Assembly (NCBI GenBank): GCA_963741945.1
Contig: CAVUKA010000005.1
Location: 256,001-320,000 of the forward strand
Source: an uncultured Gemmatimonadales bacterium
Lineage (GTDB): Bacteria > Gemmatimonadota > Gemmatimonadetes > Longimicrobiales > RSA9
Direction: 5' to 3'
Length of the DNA stretch: 64,000 bases
Shown: positions 40,633 to 49,398 of the stretch, one piece after another
How positions within the stretch are numbered: the stretch's first letter is position 1
How the letters are laid out: each line of letters opens with the position of its first letter
Position numbers and translations under genes: made by a program
Notes under the pieces: generated by a model
What the model saw: only the letters and a program-made list of their open reading frames with translations
What the model was told of the DNA's origin: nothing
The model's database searches: none

Positions 40633-41423
40633 ACCGGCCACTCATCACGCTGGGCCCTTGGGACCTCGCCCTCGCCGCCACCCTGCTCATCGTCCCGGCC
40701 GCCATCAGCATCGGGCTCCGGCTCGGCCTCGAGCGCCGCCTCGCGATCGCCGGCGTTCGCACGGTTCTGCAGCTCACGTTCATCGGCGTGGTGCTCGAGT
40801 GGGTGTTCGCGCTGGACCGCTGGTACTACGTCATACCCGTTCTCCTCGTCATGCTCGTGGCCGCAGCGCGAGCCGCCGTGCAGCGCTCGAAGCGACGCTT
40901 CAATGGAGCGCACGTCGCCGCGTTCGGCTCCCTCGTGCTGGCTACCGGGACGGTGACGTTCGTATCCACGGAGCTCATCATTGGCGTGGACCGCTGGTAC
41001 CAGCCCCAGTACGTCATCCCGCTGCTCGGGATGCTGCTGGGCAACGGGCTCACGGGGATCAGCCTGGCCATGGACCGCCTGCTGAACGAGCTGGTGGATC
41101 GGCGCGACGCCGTGGAAGCGCGGCTCGCGCTCGGTGCATCGTTGTGGATCGCCCTCCGACCCTGGATCGCGGAGGCCGTGCGCACCGGGCTGATTCCCAT
41201 CATCAACGCCATGATGGTGGTGGGCCTGGTCAGCCTCCCCGGAATGATGACCGGCCAGATCCTGGCGGGCGCCAACCCGCGCGACGCCGTTTCCTACCAG
41301 ATCCTCATCATGTTCATGATCGCGGGCGCCACCGCCATGGCCACCATCGCGCTCTGCCTCCTCGCGTATCGCGTGCTGGCCGACCCGTTCGAGCGCGTGC
41401 GCTGGGTCAAGATCAGGACCTAG
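40629..41423 (+). CDS. UPF0014 ABC permease (FetB/YbbM-like)
   Basis: [37 protein letters not shown]...YQI; GTGA overlap with the ATPase gene. Confidence 0.9.
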   Translation: MNRPLITLGPWDLALAATLLIVPAAISIGLRLGLERRLAIAGVRTVLQLTFIGVVLEWVFALDRWYYVIPVLLVMLVAAARAAVQRSKRRFNGAHVAAFGSLVLATGTVTFVSTELIIGVDRWYQPQYVIPLLGMLLGNGLTGISLAMDRLLNELVDRRDAVEARLALGASLWIALRPWIAEAVRTGLIPIINAMMVVGLVSLPGMMTGQILAGANPRDAVSYQILIMFMIAGATAMATIALCLLAYRVLADPFERVRWVKIRT

Positions 41424-41562
41424 CCGGGGGCTGGCCGGACCGGAAACGACGGCTCCGCGCGAGCGCGCCGCCGCCAGCCGGCTTGTTGCTCGCGTGCCGC
41501 CCCCCTACAATCCTCGCAGCCCTTCCCGTTCAATCCGGCGAGCCTACCGGGAGCTTGCGCTT

Positions 41563-43050
41563 ATGGACGTGCTGCTGCTGTCGCGGATCCAGTTCGCTGC
41601 GACCATCATGTTCCATTACCTCTTCCCGCCGCTGACCATCGGCCTCGGCGCCGTGATGGTCTATCTCGAAGCGCAGTACCTCCGGACGAAGGACCTGGAG
41701 TACGAGTCGGCGGCGAGGTTCTGGACGAAGATCTTCGCGGTGAACTTCGCCATGGGCGTGGCCACGGGGATCGTCATGGAGTTCCAGTTCGGGACGAACT
41801 GGGCCACATACTCCCGCTTCGTGGGCGACGTGTTCGGCTCGGCGCTGGCTGCGGAGGGGATCTTCGCCTTCTTCCTGGAATCCGGCTTCCTGGCCGTGCT
41901 GGTGTTCGGCTGGGACCGGGTCTCGGCGAAGATGCACTTCTTCGCCACGCTCATGGTCTCGCTGGGCAGCATGTTCTCCGCCGTCTGGATCGTGGTGGCG
42001 AACTCGTTCCAGCAGACGCCCGCGGGCTACCACCTGGTGCAGCACGGCGACTCGGTGCGGGCGGAGATCACGGATTTCTGGGCGCTGCTGTTCAACCCGT
42101 CCAGCATGGTCCGGATCGGCCATGTGCTCATTGGCGCCTTCATCCTGGGCTCGTTCTTCGTCATGAGCATCGGCGCGTGGTACGTGCTCCACGGGCGTCA
42201 CGAGGAGTTCGCCAAGCGCACGTTCGGCGGCGGGCTGCTCCTGGGGCTGATCGCCTCCATTGCCGCGCCGATCTCCGGTGACTTCCACGGCCGGATCGTG
42301 GCCGAGTACCAGCCCACCAAGCTGGCGGCCATGGAAGGGCTCTATCGCACGCCCACTGCCGGGGCGCCGCTCCACGTGTTCGGCATCGTGGACGAGGCGG
42401 CGAGAGAGGTGAAGGCGGGCCTGTCGATACCCGGCGGCCTGAGCTTCCTGGTCCACCGCAACTTCACCCAGCCGGTGCCCGGGCTGGATCAGTTCCCGGA
42501 ATCCGACTGGCCCCCCGTCGCCATGACGTTCTACAGCTTCCACCTCATGGTGGGCCTCGGGCTCTTCTTCATCCTGATCACCGCCATCGGGCTCTGGTTC
42601 CACTGGCGCGACACCCTGGTGGAGAAACGGTGGCTGCTCTGGATCTTCGTCTTCGCCGTGCTGGGCCCCTACGCCGCCAACCAGCTCGGCTGGGTCACGG
42701 CGGAGGTGGGCAGACAGCCGTGGACCGTCTACGGCCTGCTCCGCACGGGCGACTCCTTCTCCACCAACCTGGTCAACGGCGAGGTCCTCACGTCCCTCGC
42801 CGGCTTCGGCCTCATCTACCTGCTCCTCTTCCTGGTCTGGGTCTTCGTGCTCAACGACAAGATCCAGCATGGACCGGAGCCCGTCACCATGCAGGCGGAA
42901 ACGCGGACCGGCGACCTGGTGGAAGCGGCTTCGCGGCGGGTGCAGGAGGACCGCTATTCCATGACCGAAGCCCACGGCGACGAGGAGCGGGCCGCAGAGG
43001 GACGCGGGCCGGCGCCCGCTCCCGATCAGACGGAGGAGGAGGAGGGTTGA
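41563..43050 (+). CDS. cydA: Cytochrome bd ubiquinol oxidase subunit I
   Basis: SRIQFA...[37 protein letters not shown]. Confidence 0.96.
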   Translation: MDVLLLSRIQFAATIMFHYLFPPLTIGLGAVMVYLEAQYLRTKDLEYESAARFWTKIFAVNFAMGVATGIVMEFQFGTNWATYSRFVGDVFGSALAAEGIFAFFLESGFLAVLVFGWDRVSAKMHFFATLMVSLGSMFSAVWIVVANSFQQTPAGYHLVQHGDSVRAEITDFWALLFNPSSMVRIGHVLIGAFILGSFFVMSIGAWYVLHGRHEEFAKRTFGGGLLLGLIASIAAPISGDFHGRIVAEYQPTKLAAMEGLYRTPTAGAPLHVFGIVDEAAREVKAGLSIPGGLSFLVHRNFTQPVPGLDQFPESDWPPVAMTFYSFHLMVGLGLFFILITAIGLWFHWRDTLVEKRWLLWIFVFAVLGPYAANQLGWVTAEVGRQPWTVYGLLRTGDSFSTNLVNGEVLTSLAGFGLIYLLLFLVWVFVLNDKIQHGPEPVTMQAETRTGDLVEAASRRVQEDRYSMTEAHGDEERAAEGRGPAPAPDQTEEEEG

Positions 43051-43052
43051 TC

Positions 43053-44069
43053 ATGGACATCTACACGTTCTGGTTCTTCACCATGGGCGTCCTCCTCACG
43101 GGCTACGCCATCCTGGATGGCTTCGACCTGGGCGTCGGGATCCTCCACCCGCTGGCGAAGACGGACGAGGAGCGGCGGGTGGTCATGAACTCCATTGGCC
43201 CGCTCTGGGACGGCAACGAGGTCTGGCTGGTGACGTTCGGCGGCGCGCTCTTCGCCGCCTTCCCCGTGGCCTACGCGGCCGCCTTCAGCGGTTTCTATCT
43301 GGCGTTCATGCTGTTGCTCTTCGCGCTCATCTTTCGCGCCGTCTCGCTCGAGTTCCGCAGCAAGCGTCAGCATACGCGCTGGCGCTCCGCTTGGGACTGG
43401 GCGTTCTTCGCCGCCAGCCTCATCGCCAGCCTCCTGTTCGGCGTCGCGGTGGGCAACGCCATTCAGGGCGTGCCCCTGGGCGCCGACCACCAGTTCGTGG
43501 GCGGCATCCTCCAGCTGCTCACCCCATACCCCCTCCTGGTCGGGATCCTGGTGGTCGCCACGTTCGCCATGCACGGCTCCATCTACCTGTACCTCAAGAC
43601 GGAAGGCGACCTGCAGCAGCGGATCCACGGGTGGATGTGGCGCACGTTCGGCTTCTTCCTCGTCGCCTACCTGCTCACCACCATCTTCACGCTGGCCATG
43701 GTGCCTCAGGCCACCACCAATTTCCGCGAGATCCCGCTGGCGTGGGTCGTGGTCGTCCTGAACGTCCTCGCCGTGGCGAACGTCCCCCGCGCGATCTACC
43801 GGGGACGCCCGTTCGCCGCATTCATCTCCTCCGTCGCCGCCATCGCCGCGCTCTCGTTCCTCTTCGGAATGGCCATTTTCCCGCACCTCCTGGTGAGCAG
43901 CATCGACCCGGCCTACAGCCTCACCATCTACAACGCCGCCAGCTCGATGAAGACGCTGCACATCATGCGCATCATCGCGTTCATCGGGATGCCGTTCGTC
44001 CTGACCTACACCGTCGTCATCTATTGGGTGTTCCGCGGCAAGGTGAAGATCGGGACGCACAGCTACTAG
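43053..44069 (+). CDS. cydB: Cytochrome bd ubiquinol oxidase subunit II
   Basis: LDGFDLGVG, IGPLWDGNEVWL, FAAFP, LTIYNAASS, YWVFRGK. Confidence 0.96.
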   Translation: MDIYTFWFFTMGVLLTGYAILDGFDLGVGILHPLAKTDEERRVVMNSIGPLWDGNEVWLVTFGGALFAAFPVAYAAAFSGFYLAFMLLLFALIFRAVSLEFRSKRQHTRWRSAWDWAFFAASLIASLLFGVAVGNAIQGVPLGADHQFVGGILQLLTPYPLLVGILVVATFAMHGSIYLYLKTEGDLQQRIHGWMWRTFGFFLVAYLLTTIFTLAMVPQATTNFREIPLAWVVVVLNVLAVANVPRAIYRGRPFAAFISSVAAIAALSFLFGMAIFPHLLVSSIDPAYSLTIYNAASSMKTLHIMRIIAFIGMPFVLTYTVVIYWVFRGKVKIGTHSY

Positions 44070-44110
44070 GCCGGCCCGGAGAGGCTTCGCCCTCCAGGGC
44101 GTGGGGTTGC

Positions 44111-44223
44111 CGGAGATCTCTCCAGCTGGAGAGATCTCCGCCGGTGGCCATGTGGCCGCAAGTCATTGCAGTGCAAGGGATCAGCGCAGCTGCGCGCCCG
44201 CATGTCTCTCCACCTGGAGAGAC
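44111..44223. repeat. Paired palindromes flanking an IHF-like site
   Basis: Perfect 30-bp palindrome CGGAGATCTCTCCAGCTGGAGAGATCTCCG (44111-44140), related GTCTCTCCACCTGGAGAGAC (44204-44223), and CAAGTCATTG between them. Confidence 0.7.
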
Positions 44224-44345
44224 TTCGCGCGCAGGCTGCCTGAGACCCGGGGACCCGAGCGACGCCCGCGGGCGGCCCCGGGACCCCGGCGACACCCGCG
44301 GGCGCCCGGGTTTCCCGGCGGTGGCCTCGGCGTCATCTTCCGCCC

Positions 44346-44972
44346 ATGAAAGCCACTCGCCTGGTCCTCTTCGGCGTCCTCCTCTTCGCCCTGGCCACCC
44401 TCCTCGACCCCTGGGCCTTCCATCATTTCCGCATGCAGGACGTCTATTCTCAGGACTGGGGACGGTTTCTTCGCATCCAGGGCTTTCTCCCCACCTGGAT
44501 CATCGCCGCCGCCGCGCTCGCGCTCCACGACCGCACACCCGGGCGACGGCTCCACCGCTCGCGCGCCGGGCTCCTCTTCTTCGGCGCCACCCTGGGCGGC
44601 ATCGCGGCCGAGCTCCTCAAGCTGGTTTTCCGCCGCCAGCGGCCGGGCGAGCTCGGTGTCTACGTATTCCGCTCGTTCTCCGACCGCCCCCTGTACAACG
44701 GCGGCCTCGCGCTTCCCTCCAGCCACGCCCTCGTCGCGTTCGGCGCTGCCGCCGTTCTGGCCCGGATGTTCCCGCGCGCACGCTGGATCTGGTGGGGGCT
44801 CGCCTGGGGCTGCGCCCTCACCCGCGTGGCTGCGCACGCCCACTTCCTCAGCGACGTCACCGCGTCGTTCCTCATCGCCTGGCCGCTGGGTGCCTGGATC
44901 TGGCGCTGGCGGGACCGCGACCTCGAGCGGGCACCGGCGCCCGGCCCGGCGGGGCCGTCGGCGCACCCGTGA
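44346..44972 (+). CDS. PAP2 family phosphatase
   Basis: KLVFRRQRP, LPSSHA, TRVAAHAHFLSD. Confidence 0.9.
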   Translation: MKATRLVLFGVLLFALATLLDPWAFHHFRMQDVYSQDWGRFLRIQGFLPTWIIAAAALALHDRTPGRRLHRSRAGLLFFGATLGGIAAELLKLVFRRQRPGELGVYVFRSFSDRPLYNGGLALPSSHALVAFGAAAVLARMFPRARWIWWGLAWGCALTRVAAHAHFLSDVTASFLIAWPLGAWIWRWRDRDLERAPAPGPAGPSAHP

Positions 44973-45138
44973 GAGGACACCCGCTGTCCCATGCAGGGGA
45001 CGTGCAGCGCCCCTGACATCTTCCGCCCTTGCCGGCCATGTCGTTACAATGTAATGGTTTGAATGAAGATCGAGGCGACCGGTCCGACTCCTGCCCCTTG
45101 CGGCGGTGCCCCTGCCCCTCCTTCAATGCGTCGTGACC

Positions 45139-46158
45139 ATGAAGCGCTTGACACTGATTTTGTGCGCCGCACTCGTGGCCCCGGGATCCATGGCACTTCC
45201 GGGCAGCCTCGCCGCCCAGTCCCATGGGACCAAGCCCGTGCCGTCGCGGCCGTCCGCGCGCCCCGCGCCGTCGAGACCGTCCGCCAGCCCGGCCACGCGG
45301 CCGTCGTCCTCCAGGCCATCTGCCAGGCCGTCCTCGACACCCACGCCCCGGGTGGAGCGCACCGTGCCGACCCGGAGCGCGCCGGTGAGACAGGCGCCGA
45401 GTCGACCGCAGGCCACCCCGCAGTCGCCGCGACCGCAGCCGAGCCGGCCACCCAGCACCCTGCCGCAGTCGACCCGCAGCAGGACGACGGTTCTGCCCCG
45501 TCCGGCCGGACAGGAGCGGACCGCCCGCCCGTCCGCCATTCCGGACGGGCGCCCCGCCGAGAGGGGGACCATGCGGTCGGTGATCCCCAGCCGGCCGGAG
45601 GGGACGCGGCCCGGGCCGCCGATCGTGGAGCGGCCGGATCCGCGGGATGCGGGCCGGGGTGGCCGGGTCGTGAACACCCGCGACCGCGACAGGCGGGACT
45701 ACGATCGCAACCGGTACGACCGCGACCGGCGCGGTGCCTGGGACCGCAGTCACTACGACCCGATGTGGTACTCGAGCTGGCGGTACGACCGCGGACCGCG
45801 GTGGTACCCGGGCCATCCGGGTGTCTGGATCGAGCTGGTGTACGTGCGCAGCCCCGAACGGTGGAGCTACGGCGCGCGGGCCGTGCGCTGCTCCATCGTG
45901 GGGGACGAGCTGGAGAACGCGCACGACGAGTGGCACTGGCGGAATGACCGGTACCAGTGGGAGTGGTGGTACCCGGACGAGCACGCCCGCCTCATGCGCG
46001 CGCTCGATCTGGAATGGGCCCGCTCCGGCTGCGGACGCCGGCCGGTGTACGACATCGACTGTCGCTACCGGGGTGCGCACCACCCGCGGACCAGCGAGGC
46101 CGTGATCGTGGCGCTGGAAGTGCTCGACATCCTCATGGACGGGCACGTCCACCACTGA
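45139..46158 (+). CDS. Hypothetical secreted protein with a Pro/Ser/Arg-rich region
   Basis: MKRLTLILCAALV signal peptide, low-complexity region, Arg/Asp-rich tract, Trp/His/Cys-rich C-terminus. Confidence 0.65.
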   Translation: MKRLTLILCAALVAPGSMALPGSLAAQSHGTKPVPSRPSARPAPSRPSASPATRPSSSRPSARPSSTPTPRVERTVPTRSAPVRQAPSRPQATPQSPRPQPSRPPSTLPQSTRSRTTVLPRPAGQERTARPSAIPDGRPAERGTMRSVIPSRPEGTRPGPPIVERPDPRDAGRGGRVVNTRDRDRRDYDRNRYDRDRRGAWDRSHYDPMWYSSWRYDRGPRWYPGHPGVWIELVYVRSPERWSYGARAVRCSIVGDELENAHDEWHWRNDRYQWEWWYPDEHARLMRALDLEWARSGCGRRPVYDIDCRYRGAHHPRTSEAVIVALEVLDILMDGHVHH

Positions 46159-46233
46159 CGCGCCCCGCCGGACCCGGCGCCCCCGGTCCGGGTCCGCGGG
46201 CGCCTCGGTTCGGCGACTCCTGCCGCCGCCGCT

Positions 46234-47916
46234 TCAGCGCACGGCCGGCAGGGGTCGGCCATCCAGGTCGGCCGGCGCAGGGATCCCGGCCCATCGCGCC
46301 AGCGTGGGAGCGATGTCGACGCTGCGCACCCGTGTCGAGTCTCGACCCGGCTCGATCCCGGGACCCAGCAGGACGATGGGTACCCAGCGGTCGTAGAAGT
46401 ACGGGGTTCCATGCGTGGTCCCGGTGAACGCCTTGTCCACCCAGTATTCCGGCGCCCGCACGTCCACACCGAACGGTCCGACCAGGTCGTTCGGCCGCCG
46501 CCCGGCACGGAACGAGTTCCGGTACAGCACCCGGAACGAGTCCGAGGGCTCGCGCCCCACCAGCTCGTGCAGCGGCATCGCATCCACCACGGAGGGCAAC
46601 CGCCTCAGCGCCGCGGCTACCTGGCGCTGAGCGCGCTCCGCGTCGAGGCCGAGCCCCACGGGTGCGTTCGTGCGCGCTGCCCGCTGTGCCGCTTCCCCCG
46701 CCACCCGCACCTCGTCGCGCCGCATCTCGCTCGGGACACGGAGCGCGCCGACGCCCTCCCGCTGCCACCACTCGGGGACATCGGCCGTGCCGTGGTCCGA
46801 GGTGATCACGGCCGCCCACCGTCCGGCTCCCACGGTCCGGTCGAGGTAGTCGAAGAACACGCCCAGCGCCCGGTCGAGGCGCATCAGGTTGTCCAGCTGT
46901 TCCCGGCTGATCGGACCGTAGGCATGGCCGATGGCGTCCGTCTGCGACAGCTCGAGCGCCAGGTAATCCGTTGTGCCCCGGGCACCCAGGCCCAGCGCGG
47001 CCACCGCTCGCTCCGCCAGGGCGAGCACGGCCGAATCGGGCGCGGGCGAGCCCATCCACCAGTCGTCGTACGTCGGCCAGCTGCTCGATGGTGCTTCCAC
47101 CGCGGCCCGGTGGGGGAAGGCGGTGTGCTGGCCATCACCCTCGAACGGGAAGGTGTCAGGGCGGGTCAGCTCCGGCGCCGTCGCCGCCAGCGCGCCGCTC
47201 CACACACTGTCCGCGTACAGGCGGGGCATCACCTCGCGATTGAAGCGCTCGACCCAGTCCGGGATTCCCCCACGGTACCAGGTGGACGTGACGAACCGCC
47301 CCGTTCCGGGACCGATCCAGAAGACGTGGGCACCGTGGGAGCGCCCGCCCATGGTGATCGCCGCGCGGTCCTTCCGCGACAGCGACACCACCCTCGCCTC
47401 CGGCTTCGCCGCCATCAGCCAGTCGCCGAACGCGTCCCGGAGCATGTTGGCTGGAGACCGACCCGGAAGGTCCGTTGCGCCCACGATGTGGGACGTGGTG
47501 TCATCGACCGCATACTCCAGTCGCCATTGGCTGCCCTTCTGCTGCCACCACATGTTGCTCACGATCCCGTGGTGCGACGGCGTCGTGCCCGTCGCGATGG
47601 TGGCATGCCCCGCGGCCGTCTCCGTATGGGCATGGTCGTGCACCGCGTCGGTGTAGAGCAGCCCCTCGTCCAGCGCGCGGGCGAATCCGCCCGTGAACGC
47701 CGGCGCATAGCGGGGCAGCAGATCGCCCCGCAGCTGGTCCACCACCAGCGCCACGAGGAGCGCGGGGCGGGCGGCGGAATCGGCGGCCGGCGGAGCAATG
47801 CCGCGCGGCGCGGCACCCGGCGCGGCCGGAGTCTGGGCGCCCGCCGACGGCGCGGCAGTCAATGCGAGCGTGAGCGTCAGCAGCGCTGTCGCGGGCGCCG
47901 AGCTGGATCGGGTCAT
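46234..47916 (-). CDS. Alkaline phosphatase family protein (PafA-like)
   Basis: VVDQLR, TETAAGHATI, SRKDRAAI, TDAIGHAYGP, TSDHG, TTHGTPY. Confidence 0.92.
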   Translation of the reverse strand: MTRSSSAPATALLTLTLALTAAPSAGAQTPAAPGAAPRGIAPPAADSAARPALLVALVVDQLRGDLLPRYAPAFTGGFARALDEGLLYTDAVHDHAHTETAAGHATIATGTTPSHHGIVSNMWWQQKGSQWRLEYAVDDTTSHIVGATDLPGRSPANMLRDAFGDWLMAAKPEARVVSLSRKDRAAITMGGRSHGAHVFWIGPGTGRFVTSTWYRGGIPDWVERFNREVMPRLYADSVWSGALAATAPELTRPDTFPFEGDGQHTAFPHRAAVEAPSSSWPTYDDWWMGSPAPDSAVLALAERAVAALGLGARGTTDYLALELSQTDAIGHAYGPISREQLDNLMRLDRALGVFFDYLDRTVGAGRWAAVITSDHGTADVPEWWQREGVGALRVPSEMRRDEVRVAGEAAQRAARTNAPVGLGLDAERAQRQVAAALRRLPSVVDAMPLHELVGREPSDSFRVLYRNSFRAGRRPNDLVGPFGVDVRAPEYWVDKAFTGTTHGTPYFYDRWVPIVLLGPGIEPGRDSTRVRSVDIAPTLARWAGIPAPADLDGRPLPAVR

Positions 47917-48016
47917 GGATTTCCCCTGTCTGTCATCGCTGGAAGCCGACGGAAGATAGAGCCATCCAGACGGCCGCGGTATGGAGAGGAACCCCCCTCC
48001 GGGTTAGCTTTTCCCC

Positions 48017-48802
48017 ATGCTCGACCTGCACAACCACATCATTCCGGGCGTGGACGACGGCGCCCGCTCTCTGGACGAGGCGTACGCAGCCCTCGTCGCC
48101 ATGCGCGACGACGGCGTGACCAGCGTCCTGTGCACGCCTCACTTCGACGCGTCCTTCACTCGCCAGCGCGACGCATGCACCGCGCGGCTCGAGCAGATCG
48201 ACCAGGGGTGGGACGCGCTCGTGGCGATGGCCCGCGAGCGGCTGCCGGACCTCGAGCTGCGGCGAGGCGTCGAGCTTCGCCTCGATACGCCCAACCCGGA
48301 TCTCGACGATCCCCGCCTCCGCCTGGACGGCGGAAGCGCGGTCCTGGTCGAGTTCCACGGCTTCTTCGTGCCGCCCGGCGCCGCCGACGCGCTGCGCGAT
48401 CTCGCCACCAGCGGCTTCGTGCCACTCCTCGCCCACCCCGAGCGCTACCGCGCCATGACGCCCGCTCTCGCCCGGAGCTTTCACGACGCCGGCGCCTTCC
48501 TCCAGGTCAATGCAGGCTCCTTGAGCGGCCGCTACGGCAGCGCCGCCCGGGACGCGGCATGGCAGCTCCTGGAGCAGAGCCTGGTCTCGCTGGTGGCGAG
48601 CGACTATCACGCCCGCGGCGCCACGTACCTCCCCCAGGCCCGTGCCCGCCTGGAGCGACACCTCGGCGAGGAGGCCACGCGGCACCTGATGGAAGAGAAC
48701 CCGCGACGGCTGGTGAGCGGGGAAATGCCGCTGCTGGTCGTGGGCCGGGGGAGCGCGCGAGGGCTGCTGGGGCGGTTGATGGAGTGGCTGCCCGGCCGGT
48801 AG
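48017..48802 (+). CDS. CpsB/CapC-type PHP-family tyrosine-protein phosphatase
   Basis: DLHNHIIPGVDDG, TPH, AHPERY, ASDYH. Confidence 0.92.
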   Translation: MLDLHNHIIPGVDDGARSLDEAYAALVAMRDDGVTSVLCTPHFDASFTRQRDACTARLEQIDQGWDALVAMARERLPDLELRRGVELRLDTPNPDLDDPRLRLDGGSAVLVEFHGFFVPPGAADALRDLATSGFVPLLAHPERYRAMTPALARSFHDAGAFLQVNAGSLSGRYGSAARDAAWQLLEQSLVSLVASDYHARGATYLPQARARLERHLGEEATRHLMEENPRRLVSGEMPLLVVGRGSARGLLGRLMEWLPGR

Positions 48803-48909
48803 CACTCCGCCGCCCCGCTGCTCACCCTCGCATCGGGCGCCGGCGGCGCCCGGCTGGCGCCATCGACGTCGCGCGGGTACAATGGGGTCTTCCCATTCCC
48901 CCGAACATA

Positions 48910-49305
48910 ATGCCCATGGACCGCGCATCCGCGAACCGCTACCGCATCCTCCTCGCCGACGATGATGACAGCGTCCGCGAGGTGCTCCGGCGCTCTCTCG
49001 CGGGCGCGGGCTTCGAAGTGGAAGCCGTCGCGGACGGGGATGCCGCCCGGGAGGCCTATCTCCGCCGCTGCCCGGACGTCCTCCTGGCCGATCTCGTGAT
49101 GCCCGGCGTCAACGGGCAGGAGCTGGCCGCGGGCTGCCGCGAGCGCTGCGGCGAGACCATCCTCGTGTTCATGAGCGGCTACACCGAGGAAGAGCTCCAG
49201 CGGCTGGAGATCCGCCAGGTGGTCTTCCTCCCCAAGCCGATCTCCCCCTTCGATCTGGTCCAGACCATCCAGCGGCTGCTGCGCGGCCGCAAACCCGCCG
49301 TCTGA
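48910..49305 (+). CDS. Single-domain response regulator
   Basis: ILLADDD, ADLVMPG, MSGY, PKP. Confidence 0.9.
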   Translation: MPMDRASANRYRILLADDDDSVREVLRRSLAGAGFEVEAVADGDAAREAYLRRCPDVLLADLVMPGVNGQELAAGCRERCGETILVFMSGYTEEELQRLEIRQVVFLPKPISPFDLVQTIQRLLRGRKPAV

Positions 49306-49398
49306 CACTCCCCGATCCACTGGTCATCACCAGAGCCGGGCATTACGTTGCTGCCTGACCGACCATCGTCGTAGCTCCTAACTCGAAGCCGCATACCC

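Noticed and set aside
46411-48909. 964-aa ORF ending in a receiver domain
   Set aside because: Only 48910-49305 is credible; the rest is antisense or off-frame to the phosphatase genes.
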